This document shows positions 1 through 8,832 of a stretch of 31,840 nt of DNA, piece by piece. Location of the stretch: positions 1 through 31,840 of the IMG/VR virus record IMGVR_UViG_3300037440_000387. One strand, written 5' to 3'. The DNA comes from a virus. Its lineage: Duplodnaviria; Caudoviricetes. The position numbers and the translations under genes were made by a program. The notes beneath the pieces are model-generated. The model was not told the origin of the DNA, ran no database searches, and saw only the letters and a list, made by a program, of their open reading frames with translations. Every line of letters starts with the position of its first letter. The stretch's first letter is position 1.

Positions 1-1
1 C

Positions 2-1339
2 GCTGGCGACCGAGGGGGCTGAAACGGCGTGAGCGATCGTGTCGTCGTCGCGATAGAGGAAGTACGTGTTCTGCAGCGCGCTACGGAACCCGAGCGGCTC
101 AGCCATTCCCGCGTCGCCCTGGCTGCCGGCGAAGGCAGCCCAAACGTAGACGTGGCCGTCGTGATCGAACGCGTGCGATGCGACTCCTTGAGCGTGAACC
201 AGCGTGGACGCGGTCCCGGCGTTCCCGGCGTCGGTCACGAAGTTCTGGCGGACCTCGAAGCTGTTCGTATCGGGCTCCTCCTCCCCGCTCCAGAATGCGT
301 AACAGCGAAACTCGGTCCCGGCCTCGGCGACGGAGCGCCACTCGCAGGTGAGCTGGTCACAGGTGAGGGTTGAGCCGGTCGATTGCACGTTGCCGAGGGC
401 GATGTTGACCGTGACGTCGGCGAGGTCCTGATCGAGTAGGTCCGCCTCCACCGCGTCAGCGTCCACGCGAACCACGAGAACGTCGCCGGTGGTTTCGTTC
501 CCGCGGGCCGCGATGGCGACGGGACCATCGGACGGCCGGGTCGTGGCTACGGCCGTAATCGCCCCCGAGGCCGACACCGAGAAAAGCAGCGTGACCTGAT
601 CCGAGTCCTGCTCCGTCATCACCCCGACCAGGCTGTTTCCCAGGAGGGCGACGTCGTACTCGGTCCGCTGGGGAAAGGTCAGGCTGTTCGTCTGCGAGTC
701 GGCCGCCGCATCATCGAGCGTCCCGGCCACGTCGGCGGGATCGATGACACGGGTCTCCAGCTGCGCGACGCTGGACCCGCCGGGGGCCATGAGCAGCAAG
801 ATGAAGACCGAGTCCAGCGCCATCACCCGCGGGCGGACGGCGCTTGACGCGATAACAGTCGGGCTCGCGATGACCGCGCCGGTCTCCGCATCCCGGGCCG
901 CCGCCATGACCCGGAATGACGCAGAGCCGGTCTTCTCGGCCCAGGCGTAGAGCACGACGCCGTCAAGCTCGGCGCGGTCGCAGTCGATCTGCTCGTTGGT
1001 CCGAGTGAACACCGAACGCTCGGTGACCTTCGGAGCCAGGTGCGTACCGCGGTCTTCCCACGCGCTGTTGCCGGGGCTCCACGAGTAGAGCGTGTCTTTG
1101 GTGAACGCGAGCAACTCGTCGCGGTACGTGGCCAGTCGCCGGATGTCGGCAAGGGTCCCGCCCGCGGCGGTGTTCGTGCCGATAGAGGCGTAGGGCTTGC
1201 GTTTCTGGATTCCGCCGAGTTCCGTGAATTCGGCATTGAGCGCACGGGTGAGGGATGGCGGCTCAAGTGCGCGCGGATCCTGGCGAGTCTGGAGGCCGGC
1301 GGCGAGGGGGACATCGAATTTCTGCCACTGGAGCGGCAT
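2..1339 (-). CDS. Tail nozzle / tail tubular protein B-like (P22 gp10, T7 gp12 position); partial, runs off the window
   Basis: Not in the ORF track because it has no stop in the window. Read by hand from ATG 1339: MPLQWQKFDVPLAAGLQTRQDPRALEPPSLTRALNAEFTELGGIQKRKPY. The N-x-x-F-x-x-x-G-G-x-x-K-R pattern and beta-rich sequence downstream of the adaptor fit podovirus nozzle proteins. Confidence 0.7.
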   Translation of the reverse strand, partial: MPLQWQKFDVPLAAGLQTRQDPRALEPPSLTRALNAEFTELGGIQKRKPYASIGTNTAAGGTLADIRRLATYRDELLAFTKDTLYSWSPGNSAWEDRGTHLAPKVTERSVFTRTNEQIDCDRAELDGVVLYAWAEKTGSASFRVMAAARDAETGAVIASPTVIASSAVRPRVMALDSVFILLLMAPGGSSVAQLETRVIDPADVAGTLDDAAADSQTNSLTFPQRTEYDVALLGNSLVGVMTEQDSDQVTLLFSVSASGAITAVATTRPSDGPVAIAARGNETTGDVLVVRVDADAVEADLLDQDLADVTVNIALGNVQSTGSTLTCDQLTCEWRSVAEAGTEFRCYAFWSGEEEPDTNSFEVRQNFVTDAGNAGTASTLVHAQGVASHAFDHDGHVYVWAAFAGSQGDAGMAEPLGFRSALQNTYFLYRDDDTIAHAVSAPSVAS

Positions 1340-1359
1340 CAGGCGGTACCCTCGTGGCC

Positions 1360-1689
1360 GTGCGTGCCCTTGCCTTGCTCCTCGCCCTCGCCGGGTGCGA
1401 ACCGGTCGCAGCCGACGCCTCCCACCGCTGGTGCTTCACCGCCATCCACGACGACGGGGCCAAGCACTCGTCGTGCGACTTCGACTACCGGGGCTGCGTG
1501 TGGCAGCGTGATGTGGCTCAGATTCGGATGGTGACGAACTACGTCGGGGACGAGTGCACCGGCACGCGGTTTGCGGGCGACTGCGAGAAGGCCGTGGCCA
1601 CCCTTCGCAGGAACGTAGAGATCGCCGGACAGAAGCACCCGGTCCGCCTCAAAGACTGGCGCCTGGGGGCTTGCCAGAAGCGCCACTAG
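1360..1689 (+). CDS. Cys-rich lipoprotein, antisense to the late operon
   Basis: GTG 1360 gives MRALALLLALAGC (signal peptide plus LAGC lipobox) followed by six more Cys. It fills the gap between two minus-strand structural genes. Confidence 0.7.
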   Translation: MRALALLLALAGCEPVAADASHRWCFTAIHDDGAKHSSCDFDYRGCVWQRDVAQIRMVTNYVGDECTGTRFAGDCEKAVATLRRNVEIAGQKHPVRLKDWRLGACQKRH

Positions 1690-2297
1690 CGCCGCCTCCG
1701 TCGCCACGCCGTGACCGTGCTGCCGGCCAGGATCCGGGTCGCCGCGGTCGAGCCGATGGCCCAGGCGTTGATGTTGGCGGTGTTGCGGTCGGTGCAGGCG
1801 AACTGGACCAGAACGGCCCCGGGGGTGGAGGCGTTCTTGTTGCCGATGCCGTACGCGGAAGCGGGCCCGTTCGGATGCTTGACGACCCGGACCGTGGCGT
1901 CGAAGTGGCTGGCCTGGGTGTCCCCCATCAGCTGCCACTGCTCGGTGACATTGATGATGGTGCCTTGGTTGTCCACCTGTGTGTCGTAGTTGGTGGCGTC
2001 CACGAACGCGCCGCGGGGGCCGAGGCGGATCCGGTGGCTGGTACCGCTGGCCATGATCATGCTGATGTCGAACTCGTACTCGCGGTCCCGGTCCGCGTTG
2101 AAGTCGCCCCGGAGTACGAACTTGTCGGTGGCCGCGCCCTTGTGCTCGGTCGTGTCGATGTACTCCCAGCCGGGTCGGGCGGCGGACGCGCGCAGGGCCC
2201 GGATCTCGCGCTGGAGTTCCTCGATGGCCTCGTGGTGCGAGCGCCGAACCTGCTCCGAGGTCTCGTCGGGCAGGCGGCTGGAGACGAGGCGGATCAC
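1686..2297 (-). CDS. Putative virion/tail accessory protein
   Basis: 203 aa; start overlaps the adaptor stop; short coiled coil followed by a beta-rich domain. Confidence 0.55.
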   Translation of the reverse strand: MIRLVSSRLPDETSEQVRRSHHEAIEELQREIRALRASAARPGWEYIDTTEHKGAATDKFVLRGDFNADRDREYEFDISMIMASGTSHRIRLGPRGAFVDATNYDTQVDNQGTIINVTEQWQLMGDTQASHFDATVRVVKHPNGPASAYGIGNKNASTPGAVLVQFACTDRNTANINAWAIGSTAATRILAGSTVTAWRRRRR

Positions 2298-2998
2298 CGG
2301 TAGCCGCCGTCCCAGCGATGGCGGTTGAAGGACTCGTACTCATCGACGACCTGGGGCCGGCGCGGGGTCGTGAGGGCACGGAGATTGGCCCACTGCTCGA
2401 CCCGGGCCCGGAACCGCTCGCGCTCGGACATGGCCATCGAGGGGTCGCTCTCCTCCTTGGCCAGCGCCATGACGGCGACGCCCCAGGTAATGAACTGCTC
2501 GCCGTCCGGGGTCACGACATCGACGTTGGTGCCGTCCGCTTCGGCAGATAGGTCGGCGGGCTGCGGGATGTGGACGTGGCGGTAGGTCTGGCCCGTGACC
2601 GGTGCCGGGTAGATGTGGAGGTTGGCGCCGATCGTGGCGTAGTAGAGGCCGCGGCTGCCGGTCAGGTAGGTGACGTCATTCCGCTCCTGGATCATGATCT
2701 CCTCGAGCGGGTGCCAGCGGTCGCCCTGCTGCCGGTCCACACCGAGGGTCGAGAGGTAGGTGGAGGGGAGCGCGATCGATGCGCCCCCGGCGCCGTCACT
2801 GCTGAGGTCACCGGAGGCGATCGAGGTCGCGGTTTCGTAGTAGCGCAGCCCCGACTGAACGAGGATCGAGTAGTGCTCGCCGTAGACCGACGAGACCATC
2901 CCTTTCCATTCCGTCGTGCTGATCAGGCTGCTGTCTTCCAGGTCGCAACGTTGCTGCGCCCGGGTAACCAGCGTCCCGAGGGTGAGGATGCGCCCCAT
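2294..2998 (-). CDS. Head-tail adaptor / tail tubular protein A-like
   Basis: 234 aa; helical N-terminus TLGTLVTRAQQRCD, IYPAP motif and C-terminal helical hairpin; lies between capsid genes and nozzle. Confidence 0.7.
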   Translation of the reverse strand: MGRILTLGTLVTRAQQRCDLEDSSLISTTEWKGMVSSVYGEHYSILVQSGLRYYETATSIASGDLSSDGAGGASIALPSTYLSTLGVDRQQGDRWHPLEEIMIQERNDVTYLTGSRGLYYATIGANLHIYPAPVTGQTYRHVHIPQPADLSAEADGTNVDVVTPDGEQFITWGVAVMALAKEESDPSMAMSERERFRARVEQWANLRALTTPRRPQVVDEYESFNRHRWDGGYR

Positions 2999-3001
2999 GG
3001 G

Positions 3002-3364
3002 TTACACCGTGATCTGGGCGAAGAACGCGACCACGGTGACGTACTCGTCCGCCGCCAGGTCGTGCGCGGCGTCGGAGGCGTTGGTGACGGTGAGCGGCAG
3101 GGCGAAGGTGGTCGTATCGAAGGTGTCGAACACCACCGTGTGCCCGGCGAGGGCGCTGGGAGTGGCCGCCTGGAGGCCGTACACGGCCCCGATGAACTTC
3201 CCGGGATTTTCGTCCCAGGTGAGCACGTAGTCCCCGGTGTCGTCGCGAGTGACGGCGACACCGGGACCTTCCACCTTGGTGATCGCCGCGCTGCCGCCCT
3301 CCGCCGTGATGACGTGGGCGACCAGCTCACCCTGCGATGCCTTCAGCTTGAATGCGTCCAACAT
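3002..3364 (-). CDS. Small structural protein (possible head decoration)
   Basis: 120 aa, beta-rich with TGDYVLTW; tightly packed after the capsid-linked gene. Confidence 0.5.
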   Translation of the reverse strand: MLDAFKLKASQGELVAHVITAEGGSAAITKVEGPGVAVTRDDTGDYVLTWDENPGKFIGAVYGLQAATPSALAGHTVVFDTFDTTTFALPLTVTNASDAAHDLAADEYVTVVAFFAQITV

Positions 3365-3365
3365 C

Positions 3366-4115
3366 TCAGAGCTCCCACCAGCCGAGATCGAACTCGTACT
3401 GCGCCGCGGTGTCCTGCGACGCCCCGTTGATCTGGAAGTAGAAGGCGTCCCCGGGCCCGAGCACGACCGGCGGCATCGAGGTCAGGATGTTCGCGGTGTC
3501 GCTGTCGTCCTGGAGGCGAGCGGTGGGCAGAGAGACCGCGCCACCGAAGTCCCACAGGTACGTGTCACCGGCGACCGCGATTGCCGGACGAAGGAGCCCG
3601 TTTCCGATGAGCCGGACCGCGCTCGATTCGGCATCAAGCACGACCGCGCCAGCCTTGACGTCGGCCCCAGTCGCCTCGGTGGACGCCATGTTGACGTTCA
3701 CCGCGGTGATGGTGCTGCCGCCGCTGGAGTACCGGTCGTCACCCGAGTCGATCTGGGCGACCCACCGGGTGTTGGTGCCGCTCGCGCCCGCGACCGTGAC
3801 CTGGACACGCAGGTAGTCGAGGAACATGCGCTTGCCGGACGCGACGCTGTTTTCGTTGCGGACGTAGAGGAAGGCCTCCTCGTCGTCCACGCCGTCAGCC
3901 GCGGCGATGGACTCGAGTCCGGTGCCGGGCGTGGGGTTGGTCGCGATGAAGTACACACCCGCGTCGGCCATGGCCACTCGGGCCTTGCCGCGCGGGACCG
4001 TGCACACGTCGCCGTAGCGCGAGAGCTTGACGGCCTTTTGCAGACCGTCCGCCCCCGATCGAGACGGCAGCCCCTCGAAGGCTTCGCCGTGGAGTTTGAC
4101 GTCGTCGGTTGCCAT
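3366..4115 (-). CDS. Putative structural protein
   Basis: 249 aa directly downstream of the major capsid gene; purine-rich RBS AAAGGGA. Confidence 0.55.
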   Translation of the reverse strand: MATDDVKLHGEAFEGLPSRSGADGLQKAVKLSRYGDVCTVPRGKARVAMADAGVYFIATNPTPGTGLESIAAADGVDDEEAFLYVRNENSVASGKRMFLDYLRVQVTVAGASGTNTRWVAQIDSGDDRYSSGGSTITAVNVNMASTEATGADVKAGAVVLDAESSAVRLIGNGLLRPAIAVAGDTYLWDFGGAVSLPTARLQDDSDTANILTSMPPVVLGPGDAFYFQINGASQDTAAQYEFDLGWWEL

Positions 4116-4127
4116 GATGGTTCCCTT

Positions 4128-5345
4128 TCAGATCGAGATGACGCCGTGGTCGCGGGGGCGGAGAACGTAGGTCTGGGTGACCGAGCGCCACCGCTGCTCG
4201 ATGCCGTCGTCCGAGTCCTGGCGCAGGGTCATGCGGCCGTCGTCCTGGATGACGTGGACCACCGGATCCGCGTGCGCGAGGAACAGGTCGCCCTCTCGGC
4301 ACACGTACCCGCGGTTGGTCGGGCAGTCCGGGTCCATGTAGACCTTGAGCACGCCGGCCGGGGTGATGATGGAGACGTACTGGTAGCCGTACTTGACGGT
4401 CCCGCCGAAGTCCTCGTACTCGACCTTGGCGCCGAGTCTGCGGACGACGGCCCAGACGTTCTCCGGGGCGAGGAAGGCGCAGTCCGCCTTGCCACCGTTC
4501 TTGCGGATGCCGATGGCGCAGCGCCCGAGGTTCTCCTCGATCGGCGCCGCGGTGTTGTCCACGCGGTAGCCGGCGAGGCGCTCGGGGTAGACCGAACGAT
4601 CGACGCCGCGGAAGTCCTCGGAGCCGGCCGGGGTCGTCAGCGGGAAGTGCGTCGCGAGCCCGTCCGGGTTGGCGGCGGCACCGACTTCGCCCTGGTAGAA
4701 CAGGTAATCGTTGTCCCCGAGGCTGGCGATGTCCGAGGTGTCGAAGCCGATGGTCCCATTGACCAGGTTGACCGACTCGATCAGCGCGGTGCCCCCATGC
4801 GGGCTCGATCCGTCCGCGTTGTCGCTGGCGATGATGACCGCGTCGATCTCGAAGTTGCGGGCGTCGTCGGCCAGGACCAGGGTCGTGATGTCGTTGCTCT
4901 CGCTGGAACGCTGACCACGAACGCCGGAGCCGTCGCGGAACATGTTGAACGCGAGGCGGTTGCCGAACTCCTCGAATTCGCCCTCCGATGCCTGGCGCCA
5001 CAACTTCGCGAAGGCCGCGTCGTTGTTCTTCGTCTTGAGCATCGACTTGCCATCGACGGTGATGCGGCCGTACTTGGTCGCGTCCGTCATCCGGAGCTGC
5101 ATGCCCTTGGGAGACGAGGTCGCCGTCTCGCTCTGGGTCTTCGCGTTGGCGAAGGAGCCGCTGATCGACTGCGGGTTGGTGTGCTTCCAGCTGTAGAAAG
5201 CGTCCGAGCCGAAGTAGCAGGATTTACGGACCATCTTGCCGAACAGCGGGTGGTCCCGCTTGGCAAGCTCCGAGGGCAGGTCGCCCTTGAGGTAGAGCCG
5301 CTTCGTGAGGTACGAGGCGGTCGAAACAGATGCACCGCTGGCCAT
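4128..5345 (-). CDS. Major capsid protein
   Basis: 405 aa after the scaffold; RLAFNMFRDGSG, FRGVDRS, VYMDPDCP and C-terminal PRDHGVI resemble P22-like/HK97-fold coat proteins; SD AGGAGG. Confidence 0.8.
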   Translation of the reverse strand: MASGASVSTASYLTKRLYLKGDLPSELAKRDHPLFGKMVRKSCYFGSDAFYSWKHTNPQSISGSFANAKTQSETATSSPKGMQLRMTDATKYGRITVDGKSMLKTKNNDAAFAKLWRQASEGEFEEFGNRLAFNMFRDGSGVRGQRSSESNDITTLVLADDARNFEIDAVIIASDNADGSSPHGGTALIESVNLVNGTIGFDTSDIASLGDNDYLFYQGEVGAAANPDGLATHFPLTTPAGSEDFRGVDRSVYPERLAGYRVDNTAAPIEENLGRCAIGIRKNGGKADCAFLAPENVWAVVRRLGAKVEYEDFGGTVKYGYQYVSIITPAGVLKVYMDPDCPTNRGYVCREGDLFLAHADPVVHVIQDDGRMTLRQDSDDGIEQRWRSVTQTYVLRPRDHGVISI

Positions 5346-5386
5346 TGGGCCCTCCTGGAAGAGGCCCGGGCCCAGCGGTTATCTGG

Positions 5387-6397
5387 TCAGTCTAGGTCGC
5401 CGGCTCGGCCCTCTCGGAGTTCCCGGAGGGCCACCGCTTCCAGCTCATCCAGATCAGCGGGGTCGGACCTCGTTTGAGTTGAGGTTCCGAGGTCACTGGA
5501 GATGGCCGCTGGTGCTTTCGCTGCGGTGGGTTGCTGTTTCGAGGCGGGGGCTGCCTTGCTTCGGGGCTTGGCGTCGTACTCGATTCCAAGCTCGTCAAGC
5601 TCGGCACGCCTCCGCTTCTCCAGCGAGCTTAGCACATCCTTGGCGTCTGGCTCCTCACCGTATTCCTTGCGGAGGCTGATCCACTCGTTCGCGATCGCGT
5701 CCCGGGCCTTTGTCGGCGCTTTCTCCAGCCAGCGGGACACGAGCGGCATCGACTCGGCCTCGACCTTGGACGTGGCGGTGTCGAGCATCTCTCGGCCCCG
5801 GCGTGCGGCGACTTCCTCCTCGTAGCGGCGCTCCAGGTCGGCGATGCGCTGCTCGGTGGCGCTCAGCTTCTGGGTGGTCTCGGACTCGCGGCGTCGCATG
5901 TCAGAGAAACGCGGATCCTTGGAAAGCTCGTAGGCCCGGCGCGCCACCTGCTCCAGGGTCGCGTCCTTGTCGATCCCTAGAGGGGCCAGCTTCCTGGCGA
6001 TCGCGAGGATTTGCTCGGGGTACTGCTGCTCAAGCTCGGCGCGGTGTTTCTCAGCCTCGGCCCGGGCTTCGGCGAGGACCTGATCGCGCTCCTGGGCCAG
6101 CCGATCCCGGCTCGCCTTCTCTCGGCGCTCGATCTTGGCCAGTACCTCGGAGTCGATCTCGGGCTCAGCGGGCTTCTCGGGCTCCGCTTCGGGCTCGGTC
6201 TCCTCCGTTTCCTCACCCGGCTCCTCGGGGGTCTCGGCCTCCTCGCCGGGATCGGTCGCTTCCGGCTCCGGGGTTGCCTCGGGCTCCGGATCGACGGCGG
6301 GCTCCTCGCCCATCTCAGCCCCCATCTCGGCGAGGGCCTGGGCGGTGATGGCGTCGAGCTCGGCGATGGGGGTGACGGCTTCGGGATCTACTGGCAT
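5387..6397 (-). CDS. Capsid scaffolding protein
   Basis: Start revised to ATG 6397 (MPVDPEAV, RBS GAAAGGA). E/P-rich disordered N-terminus and coiled coils; lies between portal and capsid. Confidence 0.75.
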   Translation of the reverse strand: MPVDPEAVTPIAELDAITAQALAEMGAEMGEEPAVDPEPEATPEPEATDPGEEAETPEEPGEETEETEPEAEPEKPAEPEIDSEVLAKIERREKASRDRLAQERDQVLAEARAEAEKHRAELEQQYPEQILAIARKLAPLGIDKDATLEQVARRAYELSKDPRFSDMRRRESETTQKLSATEQRIADLERRYEEEVAARRGREMLDTATSKVEAESMPLVSRWLEKAPTKARDAIANEWISLRKEYGEEPDAKDVLSSLEKRRRAELDELGIEYDAKPRSKAAPASKQQPTAAKAPAAISSDLGTSTQTRSDPADLDELEAVALRELREGRAGDLD

Positions 6398-6750
6398 CTG
6401 GTTCCTTTCGGGATCGCGTACCAGTTGTACTCGCGGCGGTCCTCGCCGCGGAGCTGCTCCACCTCGGCATGGGCCTCGGCCTCGGAGCCCCACCAGGACA
6501 GCGGCGTTTCGCAGTCGCCATCGGCGGAGGTGCCCTCGTAGACGACGAACAGGCACTCTTGCTGGCGCCACTCCTCGCGATTCCTGGCAAGGCGCTCGGC
6601 CGCCTCGATCTCCCATTGAGCGATCTGCTCGGGCGTCGGAGGCGGCCGCGGGTCCCGGCAGAGGGATTGCGCCAACTCTTCGAGGGCGCCCTCGGTAATC
6701 TGCCGGTGCATCTCAACGAACGCGCTCAGGGACTTTCCTTTGATTGCCAT
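6388..6750 (-). CDS. Hypothetical protein between portal and scaffold
   Basis: 120 aa, RBS AGGA, fills the gap. Confidence 0.6.
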   Translation of the reverse strand: MAIKGKSLSAFVEMHRQITEGALEELAQSLCRDPRPPPTPEQIAQWEIEAAERLARNREEWRQQECLFVVYEGTSADGDCETPLSWWGSEAEAHAEVEQLRGEDRREYNWYAIPKGTRCQ

Positions 6751-6757
6751 AGGGTTC

Positions 6758-8608
6758 CTATCCGGCGATCAGATCCATCGCTTGTGGGGCAAGCGCGGCG
6801 GCGGGCTGGCCCTGCGGCGGTCCCGCGGGCATTGGCGGGGCCATGGCCGGGTCGGCGCCCATCGCGGGACCGACTTCGGCGTTGTCGTTGGCCGGCATCG
6901 CGGGCGGGGCCAGCATGAACGCGGCCTGGGTGATGTACTGGCGCAGGTTTTCGCAGATGTCCTCCGGCGCGCCATCGGTCCGGGCCCGGAGGTAGGCCAT
7001 CTGCACGCGCCAGACGTTGAGCTGCAGGTTCTGGAACGGTTCCGGGTACTGCTGCTCGCCGTCGAGCATCTTCTCGATCTGGTAGTCGATCGAGTCGAGG
7101 GCCGCCGTGTACAGGCTGAGCGCGCTCTCGACGTCGAGCGGGTCCATGGGGCCGAGCAGGCGCCGGGCCTCCTCCTGGCTCACGATGCCGGCCTGAGACA
7201 GCTCGATGACCAGCTGCCGGCGACCGGCGGGGGTGGTGGGCAGAGCGGAGGCGGCCTGCATCTGGAGCCGGACGTCGCCCATGTCCACTTCGTCCCAGCG
7301 GATGCGGCGGCGGGCGGAGGTGGAATAGACCTCGGGCGCGTCCTCGCCGAGATCCTTGCAGACGTCGATCGCGAGCCAGAGCACTTCGAGCACGAGCCGC
7401 TCGAACGCCTTCTCCTGCAAGGCGAACCGCTGCGTGGTCGCGTCCCGGTACTCGCGGAGGGCGGCGCCGGATTCGAGCCCGGCCGGCTTCTTGGCCGTGG
7501 CCGCGAGCTGGCTCGTGCCCCACTCCTGATAGGCCGAGTCTTTGAGATCGGCGCGGCGGGTGAGCATGTCCGGGTGCATCGCCGGGGGCCAGACAGTCTT
7601 CGGCTCGGCGGCGCGGTACGGGACCACGGAGCCGGTCGTGTTCCGGGTCGTAACCTGGAGGTTGGCGTCGGCGATGTGCACCAGCTGGAGCGGCATCGCG
7701 TGCATGTCGAGCCAGCGGTCGAGTTGCCAGTTGTACTTGTTGATCCGGCGCTGGTGGCCCGCGGTTCGCTCGGCGCCCCCGATGCCGTACCAGCCGGGGC
7801 GGCGCTCGGACCAGACCATGCGGGCGATGGGGAAGTGGGGTTTCTTCCACTCCTCATCCTTGAGCGTAAGGCCGTCGATGACGATGGTGTGCCGGCCCTT
7901 GGAGCTGCCCCGGGGTAGGTACCAGGACTCGATCAGGACGATCTCGTGCGACTCGAGGGCGAGGTGGCCGGCCCAATAGTCCCAGCTGGTACCGGTGTTG
8001 CCGCCGGACTGGGCGTTGAGGATGTGGTCGCGGTGTTTGTCGTAGAGGTCAGCCAACTCGTCGCGATCGACCAGGACCCGGTGGTGCATCTGCCGACCGC
8101 GGCCGGAGCGCCACTCGCGCTCGTCCACGATGATGTCATCGACCATCACCTCCTCGATCCGAAGCTCCTTGTTCTCGTCGCCCCAGACTTTGGCGAGGCC
8201 GGTGCCCTTCAACCCCGCGCCCTTGAACGCGAGGGTGCACTGCTCGTGAACGTGGTAGTGCTTGGCGATCCCCTCCGCGTACCAGCCCAGGGACTTGGCC
8301 TTGCGCTGCTCGGTCCAGTCGGCGCCATCCGTCACGAACCGGGGGCGGACTTCGGTGGAGGCGGCGATGGCGGTGACGGTGTCGAGGTTGGACGCGATCA
8401 GGTTCTCCGACACGTCGGAGGGCGATCGCGGGCCATCGAGATAACCGCCGCTCTCGGCCTGGCTCGGATCGTAGAGGCAACTGAAGCGATGCCAGCCCTC
8501 TCGGAGGTATTCCTGCTCCTCCTCGAGCTTGCGGACGTGCGAGATGATCGCCTCGTGGACGTCTCCCTCGTCTCTCCGAAACCAGCGGTCAGCTCTGTCA
8601 TTGCTCAT
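6758..8608 (-). CDS. Portal protein
   Basis: 616 aa following TerL; GTGLAKV, PGWYGIG and GLESGAALRE motifs; Pro/Ala-rich tail typical of podovirus portals. Confidence 0.85.
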   Translation of the reverse strand: MSNDRADRWFRRDEGDVHEAIISHVRKLEEEQEYLREGWHRFSCLYDPSQAESGGYLDGPRSPSDVSENLIASNLDTVTAIAASTEVRPRFVTDGADWTEQRKAKSLGWYAEGIAKHYHVHEQCTLAFKGAGLKGTGLAKVWGDENKELRIEEVMVDDIIVDEREWRSGRGRQMHHRVLVDRDELADLYDKHRDHILNAQSGGNTGTSWDYWAGHLALESHEIVLIESWYLPRGSSKGRHTIVIDGLTLKDEEWKKPHFPIARMVWSERRPGWYGIGGAERTAGHQRRINKYNWQLDRWLDMHAMPLQLVHIADANLQVTTRNTTGSVVPYRAAEPKTVWPPAMHPDMLTRRADLKDSAYQEWGTSQLAATAKKPAGLESGAALREYRDATTQRFALQEKAFERLVLEVLWLAIDVCKDLGEDAPEVYSTSARRRIRWDEVDMGDVRLQMQAASALPTTPAGRRQLVIELSQAGIVSQEEARRLLGPMDPLDVESALSLYTAALDSIDYQIEKMLDGEQQYPEPFQNLQLNVWRVQMAYLRARTDGAPEDICENLRQYITQAAFMLAPPAMPANDNAEVGPAMGADPAMAPPMPAGPPQGQPAAALAPQAMDLIAG

Positions 8609-8832
8609 CGCCTCTCCCTTCGCCTTGTGGGAACGAGCCCGGACGGATACAGCGCCGGGTCGTCACGCGGGTCGGATGCCTCGGGGTATTTCGTCGCCGG
8701 GGTCCCGTCGTCCTCGTACTTGAGCGGGGCGGCCTCGGAGATGTCGGCCTCGATGTCGCCGACTCGGATCCGGGTGATGCCGGCGGCGCGGAGGGTGGGC
8801 GCGAGCGCGAGCAGCTCCTCGATGGTCACCAT
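8605..8832 (-). CDS. Small hypothetical protein between TerL and portal
   Basis: ATG 8832 (MVTIEELLALAPTLRAAGITRIRVGD), 75 aa, overlapping both neighbours. Confidence 0.6.
   Translation of the reverse strand: MVTIEELLALAPTLRAAGITRIRVGDIEADISEAAPLKYEDDGTPATKYPEASDPRDDPALYPSGLVPTRRRERR

Noticed and set aside
1339-2379. 346-aa minus-strand ORF ending in a TGATG overlap with the nozzle gene
   Set aside because: Out-of-frame overlap of 1686-2297 and antisense to the lipoprotein; Arg/Pro-rich and not protein-like.
3910-3935. PGTGLES in 3366-4115 as a fourth portal-motif copy
   Set aside because: Only GLES matches; KP spacing and the following G..L are absent.
3237-5477. 746-aa plus-strand ORF
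   Set aside because: Antisense shadow of the capsid and neighbouring genes, typical of high-GC DNA; no motifs.
6880-6900. ANDN in the portal tail as an ssrA/tmRNA tag remnant
   Set aside because: Four-residue internal match without the terminal LAA or any tmRNA structure.
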